A DNA stretch of 51,197 bases from Patescibacteria group bacterium (GTDB lineage Bacteria; Patescibacteriota; JABMPQ01; JAHIRA01). Each line of letters begins with the position of its first letter. Positions within the stretch are counted from its first letter, which is position 1. Positions 1 through 9,800 of this stretch are shown here, in pieces. Location: the NCBI GenBank assembly GCA_018818205.1, contig JAHISJ010000007.1, positions 1-51,197 of the forward strand, read 5' to 3'. The notes under the pieces were generated by a model. The model was not told the origin of the DNA and did no database searches. It saw only the letters and a list, made by a program, of their open reading frames with translations. Made by a program: the position numbers and the translations under genes.

Positions 1-141
1 CTTCTTGTAAATGTAAGAGTTTGCTCATACAATTGTGAGTGAAGGTGTGCATTTCATTGAGGGTTAGCTGTCAACTAGCTACATTTTACCTCAATTATGC
101 CACCTTCTTTAGTTAGATCCCACACTGTTTAGTATAGAGCC
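1..141 (-). mobile_element. Probable left end of an ISL3-family insertion sequence (terminal inverted repeat plus start of transposase), running off the window
   Basis: Minus strand from 141 reads GGCTCTATACTAAACAGTGTGGGA, resembling ISL3-type ends (GGCTCT...GTGGG). An ORF from 52 (MHTFTHNCMSKLLHLQE...) stays open to the window edge and resembles ISL3 transposase N-termini. The end abuts a truncated gene. Confidence 0.6.
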
Positions 142-347
142 CAACTGAAATCTCAAAAAGCAAGAAACCAAAGGCTTTCAAGGGGAATAAAAAGGTTGCT
201 CGTGATGGTGTAAGAATCGCTGGGACAGCTAGGAAACAGATAGAGAAGAAATCGAAAAAAAGAGTGATTAGCAGGAAGAATTATAGGGCTATTTTGGAGG
301 AAAAAAAGAAGTTGGGGAATAAGTCCGGGCAGTTTCCGGGCGGGTAA
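142..347 (+). pseudogene. 3' fragment of a Bro-N/phage-antirepressor-type gene, 5' part cut off at the IS end
   Basis: Own translation: TEISKSKKPKAFKGNKKVARDGVRIAGTARKQIEKKSKKRVISRKNY...TAA(345-347), matching the TEIS..P..F..NK.VA..G...AG.ARK..E.....V.S..NY C-terminus of this family. No start codon; in-frame TAG at 135-137 lies inside the IS end. Confidence 0.65.
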
Positions 348-401
348 ATAACAAAATGACGGGGGAATATCTTTGTCATTGTTAAAAATAAAGTATAATA
401 T

Positions 402-442
402 TTTTACATCTATATTGACAAAAAATTTTACATCGATATAAT
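402..442 (+). promoter_or_regulatory. Sigma70 promoter with flanking direct-repeat operator candidate
   Basis: TTGACA(415-420)-16 nt-TATAAT(437-442); direct repeat TTTTACATCnATA at 402-414 and 426-438. Confidence 0.7.
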
Positions 443-469
443 TAACGTAGAACCACGTTTAAAAAAACC

Positions 470-1249
470 ATGCTTGCAATATTCATTAAAAAACTAAGAA
501 AACAACATAGCCTCACGCAAGAATTTTTGGCGTCAAAGCTAGATATCTCAAGGCCAACGTATGCTCAAATTGAGGCTGGGACAAGAGAAATAACGTTAAC
601 AGAAGCAAGAAAGCTAGCGGATATTTTTGGGATTGATTTTAATGATTTCTTACAAGAAAAAGACAAGAAAACAGTCGTTACCATTAAAAAAGGAAAACAA
701 AAAGAACAATCTAAAAAAGAAGAGTTGAGAATTAGCATTCCGCAACAAAACATTGAAAAGTTTAAAGAAGTGTTGCTCTATGTCTTGTCTAGAGTTGGCG
801 GCAAGCCAAATGTTGGTGAAGCGGTCATTTACAAGCTTTTGTATTTTATTGACTTTGATTTTTATGAAAAGTATGAAGAGCAACTAATAGGCGCTACTTA
901 CATTAAAAATCACTATGGTCCGACTCCCGTTGAGTTTAAAAAAGTTGTCGATGGAATGATAAAACAAGGCGAGATAGTAAAGATAGCAGATAAATTTTTT
1001 GATTATCCTCAAAGAAAATACTTACCTAAGAGAGAGCCGGATTTAACAAAGCTAAAGGATGCGAGGGAATTGCATCATATAGATGACGTTTTAGATAGGC
1101 TTTCAGACAAAAACGCTACAGAAATGACTGAATATTCTCATCAGGATACCCCTTGGCTTATAGCAAAAGAGAATAAACCATTAGATTATGAAGCGGTTTT
1201 CTACAGGGCACCGGAAACCTCGGTAAGAAATTACGATGAAAACGATTAA
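470..1249 (+). CDS. XRE-HTH plus DUF4065 (Panacea/SocA-like) antitoxin
   Basis: N-terminal HTH_3 (LTQEFLASKLDISRPTYAQIEAG); C-terminal KLLYFIDF...YIKNHYGPTP...EYSHQDTPW motifs typical of DUF4065. Confidence 0.85.
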   Translation: MLAIFIKKLRKQHSLTQEFLASKLDISRPTYAQIEAGTREITLTEARKLADIFGIDFNDFLQEKDKKTVVTIKKGKQKEQSKKEELRISIPQQNIEKFKEVLLYVLSRVGGKPNVGEAVIYKLLYFIDFDFYEKYEEQLIGATYIKNHYGPTPVEFKKVVDGMIKQGEIVKIADKFFDYPQRKYLPKREPDLTKLKDARELHHIDDVLDRLSDKNATEMTEYSHQDTPWLIAKENKPLDYEAVFYRAPETSVRNYDEND

Positions 1250-1625
1250 TTACTATGAAACGCCAGAGTTTAAAAAGGGTTTCAAGAAGCTTTTGAAAAA
1301 GTACAAAACGTTGGAAGAAGATTTTAAGCTGGTAAAAAAGGCAACAATAGAGCTGTTTCATGTTCAGGAGATAAACAATACAAGCGTTTTTCGAGTTTCC
1401 GGGCATTACTCAGAAGATGTACAAATATTCATCATAAAAAAGTTTGCGTGCAAAGCATTAAAAGGACGTGGCGCCAAAAGCGGTATTAGGGTTATTTATG
1501 CCTTGCATGTACAGAAATATAGAGTTGATTTTATTGAGATGTATTTTAAAGGTACAAAGGAGAATGAAGATCGGGTGAGAATAAAAATGTATCTTAAAGA
1601 CTTTTTTATGAAAACTACGAAATGA
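1236..1625 (+). CDS. RelE/ParE-superfamily toxin
   Basis: FKKGFKKLLKKY..L..D, KGRGAKSGIRVIY and IEMYFK..KEN pattern; overlaps the antitoxin stop. Confidence 0.75.
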   Translation: MKTINYYETPEFKKGFKKLLKKYKTLEEDFKLVKKATIELFHVQEINNTSVFRVSGHYSEDVQIFIIKKFACKALKGRGAKSGIRVIYALHVQKYRVDFIEMYFKGTKENEDRVRIKMYLKDFFMKTTK

Positions 1626-2113
1626 AAGATGATCATAAAAAAAGAATTAATCTTGATTTTGTTGCACTAAGCGCTGTTGTAGATGCATCCCATGCTAGTG
1701 AAACGAGGGGAAGTATGTCTGCGGTCAACTTATATTTTCTTGATAATTTGGGAAGAACTCACAAAGTTGATTTAGCAATTAAAGAGTTTAGTTCAGCAGA
1801 CAATAATGAAGCTGAAATAAAAGCAATTTTATTTTTTCTTCGTAAATTAGGCAATAAATATAAAATAATTTGGTTATTTACCGACAGTAATAGGGCAGCA
1901 AAATTAATTAACGGTAATCATGTTAATCACAAGTATCAATTCCTAATTTCTGAAATCAAAGAACTTATTTCCAAAAAGAAAAAAATGGGATCGAATATTA
2001 TGATAATCAAAAAACCCAGATCTGATGAAAAGATTATGGAAGTTAATAGTAGATTAAAACTAAAAAGAAAAGCAATATTAGTGAAGAGCACTAGCAGTAA
2101 TGGAAAAATGTAA
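1622..2113 (+). CDS. RNase HI-like fold protein
   Basis: Three acidic motifs in RNase H order: VDAS, NNEAEIKAI, FTDS. ATGA overlap with the toxin. The fourth catalytic Asp is not evident. Confidence 0.6.
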   Translation: MKDDHKKRINLDFVALSAVVDASHASETRGSMSAVNLYFLDNLGRTHKVDLAIKEFSSADNNEAEIKAILFFLRKLGNKYKIIWLFTDSNRAAKLINGNHVNHKYQFLISEIKELISKKKKMGSNIMIIKKPRSDEKIMEVNSRLKLKRKAILVKSTSSNGKM

Positions 2114-2123
2114 TCACACAATC

Positions 2124-2672
2124 ATGCCAGTAAAAATCACCTACTTTGTCCACGGCACAACAACCGATAACGAACAAGGCCTGGCCACCGGCTGGGCGCC
2201 TGGTGAACTTTCGGAAACAGGCATTGAGCAAGCTGAAAAACTTGGTCTTTTGGTTCAAGACAAAATTTTTGATAGTGTCTTTTGTTCTGATTTGAAGCGT
2301 GCAGTCGATACATCCCATAGTGCGTTTGAAGAAAAATATACAATAATTGAAGACGCAAGGCTTAGAGAAGCCAACTATGGTGATTTCACGCAGCAACCCT
2401 CCAAGGATTTTAAAGCAGACATGACAAAATGGATAGATACAAAGTATCCGGGTGGAGAAAGCTACAGAGATGTTGAAAATCGAATTGCGGATTTTGTGAA
2501 TTTCCTAAAAGAAAGCTATGAAGGGAAGCACATCGCCATAGTTGCTCACCAGGCGCCCCAACTGGCATTTGATGTTGTGCTAAAGGGAAAAACATGGGAA
2601 CAAGCAATTGCCGAGGACTGGAGGCACACAAAATCGTGGCAGCCGGGTTGGGAGTATGAAATAAGTGATTAA
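2124..2672 (+). CDS. Histidine phosphatase (phosphoglycerate mutase) family protein
   Basis: FVHGTTTDN (RHG variant), SDLKRAVDT, LREANYGD, YPGGES, IVAH. Start moved to ATG 2124. Confidence 0.85.
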   Translation: MPVKITYFVHGTTTDNEQGLATGWAPGELSETGIEQAEKLGLLVQDKIFDSVFCSDLKRAVDTSHSAFEEKYTIIEDARLREANYGDFTQQPSKDFKADMTKWIDTKYPGGESYRDVENRIADFVNFLKESYEGKHIAIVAHQAPQLAFDVVLKGKTWEQAIAEDWRHTKSWQPGWEYEISD

Positions 2673-2732
2673 TGCTTGTGCTGTAGTGTTTTAATCTGTA
2701 GACCCTATTCTTTACTTAGGACCACGGTATCT

Positions 2733-3302
2733 ATGAAAACAAGAGTAATTGTCAGTGCGGTAATAGAAGATGGTGACAATCTTCTATTTGCCAAGAAAAA
2801 AGAGAATGTTGGTCCATATCCAAATACGTGGCATTTAATTGGCGGTGGTATAGAGGAAGAGGAGTTACTTGAGGAGAGTATCAAGAGAGAGGTAAGAGAA
2901 GAAGCCAATACCGATGTTGAGATTATTGAAAAAGTAGGGTTTGACGATGATTTTGAACCTGATAAAAAAGGGGAACTGACACACTATATTTTTCTTACAA
3001 CAATTCAAAATAAACTGTACGAAACAGCTTTTGAGAAAGAAGGAATAATCTACGTAACACCAAATGACCTTGAACAAGCAAAAATAGGGAAGTGTATACT
3101 CAATCTAGAAACGGGGAAACAAAAAAATTCAGATAGAGAAGAACGTATTAAAATCATTAATAATTTTGAAAAGAAAAACGTAGATTGTGTAGCGCTAGCC
3201 TGCACAGACCTTCAATTATTGATTCCAAAACATCCAAGGGTACCAATATTTGACACCATAAAGCTCTTTGCTGATGCGACAGTTGAAAAAATAATGAAAT
3301 AA
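2733..3302 (+). CDS. Chimeric ORF: N-terminal NUDIX hydrolase part fused to the C-terminal half of an Asp/Glu racemase
   Basis: Nudix box GGGIEEEELLEESIKREVREEA; after about 2997 the sequence reads TTIQNKLYE...VALACTDLQLL...IFDT, like a racemase C-domain. May be non-functional. Confidence 0.65.
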   Translation: MKTRVIVSAVIEDGDNLLFAKKKENVGPYPNTWHLIGGGIEEEELLEESIKREVREEANTDVEIIEKVGFDDDFEPDKKGELTHYIFLTTIQNKLYETAFEKEGIIYVTPNDLEQAKIGKCILNLETGKQKNSDREERIKIINNFEKKNVDCVALACTDLQLLIPKHPRVPIFDTIKLFADATVEKIMK

Positions 3303-3310
3303 AAAACAGC

Positions 3311-4549
3311 ATGAAAAAACTCATCATACTATCATCTCTCTTCTTAGTGCTAACGATTCTAGGTTGCCAAAAAACAACCTCAAATGATACAGACTCGAGT
3401 ACTGAAAATGAAAACTATCGATCTGAAGAAGATACAGACAGTTCAGAGATCTCTTGCACCGTGGTAGATACTGGACAAGAATCATGTTCAAACAATACAG
3501 ACAAAATGAAGTGCCCAAATAAAGGTAAGGCATTCTATGGGCAAGACGCACAGTATGTTGGTAATAAACTCTCATATAGGGACAATGGTGATGGCACGGT
3601 CACTGATGTAAACACTGGCCTTATGTGGCAGCAAGATCCCGGTGCAAAGAAGAGTTATGAGGAAGCTCAAGCAGGTGCACAATCGTTTGAGTTAGCAGGG
3701 CATGATGACTGGAGACTACCGACAATAAAAGAGCTGTATTCGTTAATGGATTTTAGAGGTATTGACCCGAGCTCAATGAATAGCGCTGAAGGACTCAGAC
3801 CATATATAGATGATGAATACTTTGGATTTGAGTATGGAGATCTAAGTACCGGAGACAGAATAATTGATTCTCAATGGGCTACCAGCTCTGTCTATAATGC
3901 AGATGTGATGAACAACCAGGAATGCTTTTTTGGTGTTAATTTTGCAGATGGCAGGATCAAATGTTACCCAACAAAGCGAGGCAAAGGCTACTTTACGATA
4001 TATGTCAGAGGAGATAGCTACGGGGAAAACAATTTAGTTAAAAACAGTGACACCATTTCTGATAAATCGACAGGGCTGACGTGGATGAAACAAGATAGTG
4101 GCAGCGGAATGAACTGGGAGGATGCACTTGCGTATTGTGAAGACCTGGAATTAGATGGAAAAAGTGATTGGAGACTACCAAATGCAAAAGAATTACACAG
4201 TATTGTAGATTACTCTCGGTCACCCGATGCAACCAATTCTGCAGCTATAGATCCACTATTTGAAGTAAGCTCAATAACGAATGAGGCAGGAAAAAAAGAC
4301 TACGCCTTTTTTTGGACAAGTACCACGCATATTAGTGAAAGAGGGTATGATAGAGCAGCGTATATTCCATTTGGCAGAGCACTTGGCTACATGAAGGAAT
4401 TTGGCGGTTGGGTTGATGTTCATGGTGCAGGAGCGCAAAGGAGTGATCCAAAAGCAGGAGATCCAGATGAGTACCCAACTGGCCTTGGTCCACAAGGAGA
4501 TGCAATACGGATTGATAATTATGTTAGGTGTGTGAGGAGCGAGGGCTAA
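3311..4549 (+). CDS. DUF1566 (Lcl C-terminal domain) lipoprotein with two domain copies
   Basis: Lipobox ILGC; DNGDGTVTD..TGLMWQ / WRLPTIKEL and D..TGLTW / WRLPNAKEL; C-terminal YVRCVR. Confidence 0.85.
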   Translation: MKKLIILSSLFLVLTILGCQKTTSNDTDSSTENENYRSEEDTDSSEISCTVVDTGQESCSNNTDKMKCPNKGKAFYGQDAQYVGNKLSYRDNGDGTVTDVNTGLMWQQDPGAKKSYEEAQAGAQSFELAGHDDWRLPTIKELYSLMDFRGIDPSSMNSAEGLRPYIDDEYFGFEYGDLSTGDRIIDSQWATSSVYNADVMNNQECFFGVNFADGRIKCYPTKRGKGYFTIYVRGDSYGENNLVKNSDTISDKSTGLTWMKQDSGSGMNWEDALAYCEDLELDGKSDWRLPNAKELHSIVDYSRSPDATNSAAIDPLFEVSSITNEAGKKDYAFFWTSTTHISERGYDRAAYIPFGRALGYMKEFGGWVDVHGAGAQRSDPKAGDPDEYPTGLGPQGDAIRIDNYVRCVRSEG

Positions 4550-4617
4550 TGCATCTCTTGGTTTCTCATTAAGGATCACTGTAGAATAAGCCGATTATCA
4601 CCCGTCTTGCACAGTAT

Positions 4618-4647
4618 AAAAAAATCACCAGACGCGAACGCTGGTGA
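4618..4647 (-). terminator. Intrinsic terminator of the 4679-5371 gene
   Basis: TCACCAG/CTGGTGA stem followed by a T-run on the minus strand. Confidence 0.65.
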
Positions 4648-4678
4648 AGTAAATTGATGATAAAAAGATGCAACTTCA

Positions 4679-5371
4679 TTACAAGATAATAGTCATTTTG
4701 CTTTCCAAAGTAGACCCTGATACCTTTTCCTCTTTGCAAAGAATACTGATGCGGCAGCGGCCTATGATGTTGACTGCAGCGAATACAACAAAACAATGTG
4801 CTTTATGTTTGTTGCAGATGAATTTTGCGCTTTCAAATCTATTCGGATACACATCATGCTCTGCAAAGACCCACCGCTCAATTTTGGGATCTAAATAGAG
4901 AAACCCTCTCTTATTTATAAGAACAACATGCATGATACCGGGCGCGGGATTTTTCCAAACATGCATGCCTCTTCTTTTGAAATCAAGTGCCATACGAAAT
5001 TCATGTAAGCCAGCAGGTCGGGAATAAATACCTTTTTCTGTGATGATAAAGGTGGATTTTGTTGTTCCAACAATTTCATGAAATCGTTCATTGAAAGATC
5101 TAATTTTTTTACCGAATGGATCGTGTCTTACCTGGTAAAAAAGAAAGTATCTTTGTTCGGTATACGTACCTTCTGGTGTCTGATATGTAGTTAATGCCGG
5201 GTAATTTAAATAAATTATTGTTACAAGTCCCACAAGAAATAAAAGTCCATGGCTAATTTTATCGTTTACTGTTACTACTTTTTTCCCCTTAAATTCTAAA
5301 ATAATTCCAACGAGTATACGGCCTATCAATCCATGTATAATAAGCCATAGTACAAAAAGTTCTGTGTTCAT
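4679..5371 (-). CDS. Hypothetical membrane protein (two N-terminal hydrophobic segments)
   Basis: 230-aa ORF with AAGGAGG SD, own promoter and terminator; no family recognised. Confidence 0.7.
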   Translation of the reverse strand: MNTELFVLWLIIHGLIGRILVGIILEFKGKKVVTVNDKISHGLLFLVGLVTIIYLNYPALTTYQTPEGTYTEQRYFLFYQVRHDPFGKKIRSFNERFHEIVGTTKSTFIITEKGIYSRPAGLHEFRMALDFKRRGMHVWKNPAPGIMHVVLINKRGFLYLDPKIERWVFAEHDVYPNRFESAKFICNKHKAHCFVVFAAVNIIGRCRISILCKEEKVSGSTLESKMTIIL

Positions 5372-5410
5372 AGTACCTCCTTGAGTGTGAAAGTGTAATG
5401 TTCTAGTGGC

Positions 5411-5438
5411 AGTATAGTCGAATGCTGAATTTAATCAA
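5411..5438 (-). promoter_or_regulatory. Sigma70 promoter candidate for the 4679-5371 gene
   Basis: TTGATT-16 nt-TATACT on the minus strand. Confidence 0.55.
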
Positions 5439-5511
5439 GAGCGGATTAAAGAAATGTAGATCGAAGATTTGTATTGTTTGTTAATATGCCTTCACTCTTT
5501 CACGCAAATTA

Positions 5512-5540
5512 TTGACACTTAACGCTATTTTCTGTACAGT
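5512..5540 (+). promoter_or_regulatory. Sigma70 promoter candidate
   Basis: TTGACA-17 nt-TACAGT. Confidence 0.6.
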
Positions 5541-5568
5541 AAAGTGCTATCGTTTTTTTTGAAATTAG

Positions 5569-6033
5569 ATGGGAGGACAATTGTTAAGCATTTCTTTTGA
5601 CGGACGGTGGATTGCATGGGCGAGAATCATTTCCGAAAGTGATCCGAGCGTTGAGATTAAATTGTGGGACGTTTCTAGAAAACAAGTCCTATCATATTTG
5701 GCAATGCCTATCCAACTTAATGCCCCTGATTGCCTCGTGAGGTCGTTTGAACTTGGCAATGCAATAGAGCAGATCTCAAATGAACTTGCGGTTAATGTAC
5801 AATTTCCACATCTTGGAAGCAGTGCGTATGTGAGAGTGGCATACGGGAGAAGGCGATGGTATTTTGTTTTGAGTGTTTCAGAAAAAAGTACGTTTAGGCG
5901 TGCAAAAAAAATTCCCACTATTACTTTTTTGCCAAAGAAAATCGATTCAAACGGAGTTGTCATCGACAATGGCTACAGGATTCAGATACTGGAAAGCTTT
6001 CGATTTATTACCTCAGTTAAGAAGATTGAATAA
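5569..6033 (+). CDS. Hypothetical protein with a single WD40-like repeat at the N-terminus (start may be TTG 5581)
   Basis: SISFDGRWIA...EIKLWDV; GGGAGG at 5571-5576 precedes TTG 5581; promoter upstream and terminator downstream. Confidence 0.6.
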   Translation: MGGQLLSISFDGRWIAWARIISESDPSVEIKLWDVSRKQVLSYLAMPIQLNAPDCLVRSFELGNAIEQISNELAVNVQFPHLGSSAYVRVAYGRRRWYFVLSVSEKSTFRRAKKIPTITFLPKKIDSNGVVIDNGYRIQILESFRFITSVKKIE

Positions 6034-6038
6034 TTATG

Positions 6039-6069
6039 GCTACACGGAACATCCGATGTAGCTTTTTTT
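6039..6069 (+). terminator. Intrinsic terminator
   Basis: GCTACA-CGGA/TCCG-A-TGTAGC bulged stem followed by T7. Confidence 0.7.
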
Positions 6070-6080
6070 CTCCAAAATAA

Positions 6081-6109
6081 TTGACTTTGCTCTTTATCTA
6101 TGCTATAAT
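6081..6109 (+). promoter_or_regulatory. Sigma70 promoter, extended -10
   Basis: TTGACT-17 nt-TATAAT with TGc before the -10. Confidence 0.7.
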
Positions 6110-6130
6110 TAAACTACATAAATACACTAT

Positions 6131-6667
6131 ATGGCTAAATTTACTTCACAAAGACTCACCCGTGACGTCAGTTATGACACAGGAGGGGAGCAGAAGTTCA
6201 AAAAAACATTAACAAAAAGTCCAAAAGCAAGTGGACTTCTTAAGGAATACCTTGGCCAAAGAGGAAAGCGTGGGTACTCTAAGAAGACGTGGAACAAGTT
6301 CATGCGTAAAAAGGGTCCGCGAGCTATGTCTCGAACGAGTAGAAAATCGATTGAGTCGTATCTTAACCCATACGGAAAAAGTTCAGACAGTGCAGCAAAA
6401 GCAGCTCAAGCACAGCCTTCAGCGGCTCCAAAGAAGTCATCATGGTTTAGTAAACCGTCGCTTAGCGATGCAGATAAGCAAAAAGTTGAAAAAAGATCAG
6501 ACGCTGCGTTAAAACGAGAGACACGAAGTTTGCGTAATCAATTTGGTTCAGGAAAGGCAAGTTTTACCCGTAGTGGAGGCTTTGATTCAGGGTCAAAAGG
6601 TCGTACAAATTTACCGCCACCACCGCGTATGCCTCCACCACCACCGAGACCGCCAAGTCTCGGATAA
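6131..6667 (+). CDS. Hypothetical highly basic low-complexity protein with polyproline C-terminus
   Basis: K/R/S-rich 178 aa ending LPPPPRMPPPPPRPPSLG; own promoter. Confidence 0.75.
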   Translation: MAKFTSQRLTRDVSYDTGGEQKFKKTLTKSPKASGLLKEYLGQRGKRGYSKKTWNKFMRKKGPRAMSRTSRKSIESYLNPYGKSSDSAAKAAQAQPSAAPKKSSWFSKPSLSDADKQKVEKRSDAALKRETRSLRNQFGSGKASFTRSGGFDSGSKGRTNLPPPPRMPPPPPRPPSLG

Positions 6668-6685
6668 AAATATCCACATAAGTAC

Positions 6686-6714
6686 TTGACAAAAGGTTTA
6701 AGGAATAGTACGGT
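6686..6714 (+). promoter_or_regulatory. rpoBC promoter candidate
   Basis: TTGACA-17 nt-TACGGT. Confidence 0.5.
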
Positions 6715-6803
6715 TACTGCATGAAAAATCTCAACCGGGGTTTTATTTGCCTTTTTAATAATTAAAAGGGCCTTTGTTAGTTAAAGACAAGGGGCTTTGT
6801 TTT

Positions 6804-9800
6804 ATGTTAGAAAAAAATTCAATCAATGCGGCGCTTGTAGGAAAGCGCAAGTATTTTACGGACAAACATGAGGTTATAGACCTTCCTGACCTCATTGAAG
6901 TCCAGAAAAGTTCGTATGAATGGTTCATGGAAGAGGGTTTAAGAGAGCTCTTTGATGAGATATCACCCATCACCGATTTTACCGGGAAAGACCTTGAGCT
7001 CGTGGTAGGTGACTACTATCTTGATGAACCAAAGAATAGTGAGATGGTCGCAAAGTCAAGAAATGCAACGTATGAAGCGGCTGTGCGGGTTATGGTAGAG
7101 CTTAAGAATAAGCAAACGGGTGAGATTAAGGAGCAGGAAGTCTACTTGGGCGAGTTTCCTCTCATGACCGACAGAGGAACGTTCATTGTAAATGGCGTTG
7201 AGCGTGTGGTTGTTTCCCAGCTTATTAGGTCTCCGGGTGTCTTTTTTACTGAGACTGAAGTTAAGGGCGAGAAACTCTTTGGTGCAAAAGTTATTCCTAA
7301 CCGTGGTGCGTGGCTTGAGTTTGAAACAGATAGTCACGGTGTTATTTACGTAAAGATCGATAGAAAAAGAAAAGTAGCAGCCACGGCGCTTTTGAGAGCG
7401 TTTGGATTTGACAGTGACCGAGACATTTTAAAGCATTTTAAAGATGTTGATACACTTTCTGACAGAAAAATTATTGAAAACACGATCAAGAAGGACCCGT
7501 CATCAGACACAGCAGAAGGTCTTAAAGAGGTGTACAAGCGTATTAGACCGGGTGACCTTGCAACGGTAGACAACGCAAAATCACTGATTGAGGCGATGTT
7601 CTTTAATTTTGATCGGTACGACTTTGGTAAGGTTGGTCGGTACAAATTAAACCAGCGTCTAAAACTCGATGTTGAAAATACAAAAGAAAATAGAGTTTTT
7701 AGAACAGATGATCTTATAGAAATATTAAGAGAGCTAGTGAGACTCAACGTTAAGCAAGGTAAAGGCGATGATATTGATCACTTGGGAAACAGACGCGTTC
7801 GTGCCGTTGGAGAATTGCTCCAAAATAAAATGCGTGTAGGGTTGATGAGAATGGAACGTATCGCTAAAGACCGTATGAGTACCATGGATATTAACTTGGT
7901 AACACCGGCACAGCTTGTTAATGCAAGACCGGTTATTGCGGCAACACGCGAGTTCTTTACTTCATCACAGCTCTCACAGTTTATGGATCAAACAAACCCA
8001 CTCTCTGAATTAGCACATAAGAGACGCCTTTCTGCTATGGGTCCCGGTGGTCTTTCAAGAGAACGTGCAGGGTTTGACGTTCGCGATGTTCACAGATCTC
8101 ACTATGGACGTATCTGCCCGATTGCAACGCCTGAAGGTCCAAACATTGGACTTGTTGGGCACATGGCATGTTTTGCACATATTAACGAGTACGGATTTAT
8201 TGAAACACCATACAGAAAGGTGTTGCGGGAAGTCCCTATTAAACATGCAGAAAAAGCAAAAGGCGAGATTGCATATAAAAGTGGTATTAAAGATCCAAAC
8301 ACAGGAGAAGTGGTGATTAAAGGGGATACGGTCCTGACTGCAAATCATATAGCAACTCTTAAAAAACTTGAGAAAAAAGGTCTAAAAACAATCCCGGTTA
8401 AATCTAGGGTTACAAACGACATTATTCTCCTTGATGCGTTTGAAGAAGAGCTGTCAATTACCGCACCGGCAACGACTGACATTGATGAAAAGGGCTATTT
8501 TGAGCGCACGCGTGCAGAAGTACGCGTTAAGGGTGAACCGTCCATTGAACCAACAGGGCAGATCGAATATGTTGATGTATCACCAAAACAGATCGTTAGT
8601 GTTTCGACTTCACTCATTCCTTTTTTAGAGCACGACGATGCAAACCGAGCCCTTATGGGAACAAACATGCAACGTCAAGCTGTCCCGTGTATTCAGCCAC
8701 AGGCACCGCTTGTAGGTACTGGGTCAGAAGAGCGCGCAGCGAGAGATTCCGGTGCAGTTATTCTTGCGGGAGATGACGGAGAAGTAACACACGTTTCAGG
8801 ATCAAAGATCGTGGTAAAAGGAGATAAGAACAAAAAAGAGAATGAGTATGTTCTTCATAAGTTTTTGCGCTCCAATACATCAACGTGTATCAATCAACAT
8901 CCTATCTGTAACGTTGGTGATACAGTAAAAAAAGGAGACGTGCTTGCCGATGGTCCTGCAACGCATCATGGTGAACTCGCTATTGGACAAAACGTGTTGG
9001 TAGCCTTTATGTCATGGCAGGGCGGTAACTTTGAAGATGCTATTTTAGTTTCGGAGCGACTGGTGAGAGAAGATCGCTATACTTCAATTCACATTGAAGA
9101 CTTTTCGATTGACGTAAGAGACACAAAGCTTGGACCGGAAGTAGTCACCCGCGACATTCCAAATGTCAGTGAAGAAAAACTCAAAGATCTTGACGAAGAA
9201 GGTGTCATTCGTGTTGGTGCACAAGTGTCCTCGGGCGATATTCTCGTCGGAAAAATTACGCCAAAAGGTGAAACAGAACTTACCGCAGAAGAACGACTAC
9301 TCAGAGCAATTTTTGGTGAAAAAGCGCGTGATGTTAAAGATACGTCACTCTACTTGCAGCATGGTGAACATGGTAAAGTCGTTGATATTAAGATATTCAG
9401 TAGAGAAAATGGTGATAAACTCCAAACCGGTGTTATAAAGACGATTCAGGTTTCTGTCGCACAGCTCAGAAAAATCCAAGTTGGTGATAAAATTGCCGGA
9501 CGTCATGGTAATAAAGGAGTTATTTCAAAAATTGTGGCCACGGAAGATATGCCACATCTTCCTGACGGAAGAACGGTTGATATTATTCTAAATCCCCTTG
9601 GTGTTGCATCACGTATGAACATCGGACAGATTTTGGAGACACATCTTGGGTGGGCCGCTTGTGCGCTTGGGTACAAAATAGCGACGCCGGTTCTTGATGG
9701 TATTTCAGAAGACCAAATTAAGGGTGAGCTTAAAAAAGCCGGCATTGCTGAAGACGGAAAAGTTGATCTCATAGATGGTAGAACTGGTGAGCCGTTTAAA

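Noticed and set aside
3311-4549. DUF1566 protein as a diversity-generating retroelement target
   Set aside because: No reverse transcriptase and no adenine-variant template repeat of the 3' end seen in the window.
4618-6069. ORFan hairpins as integron attC sites
   Set aside because: No RYYYAAC/GTTRRRY core sites recognised, no tandem array and no integrase.
6670-6678. DnaA box / replication origin (ATATCCACA)
   Set aside because: Single imperfect box with no cluster and no dnaA nearby.
7960-8060. Rifampicin-resistance substitutions in RpoB
   Set aside because: The cluster I region has the usual sensitive residues (Q, D, H, S). This neither supports nor excludes an Rph-like role for the dikinase locus.
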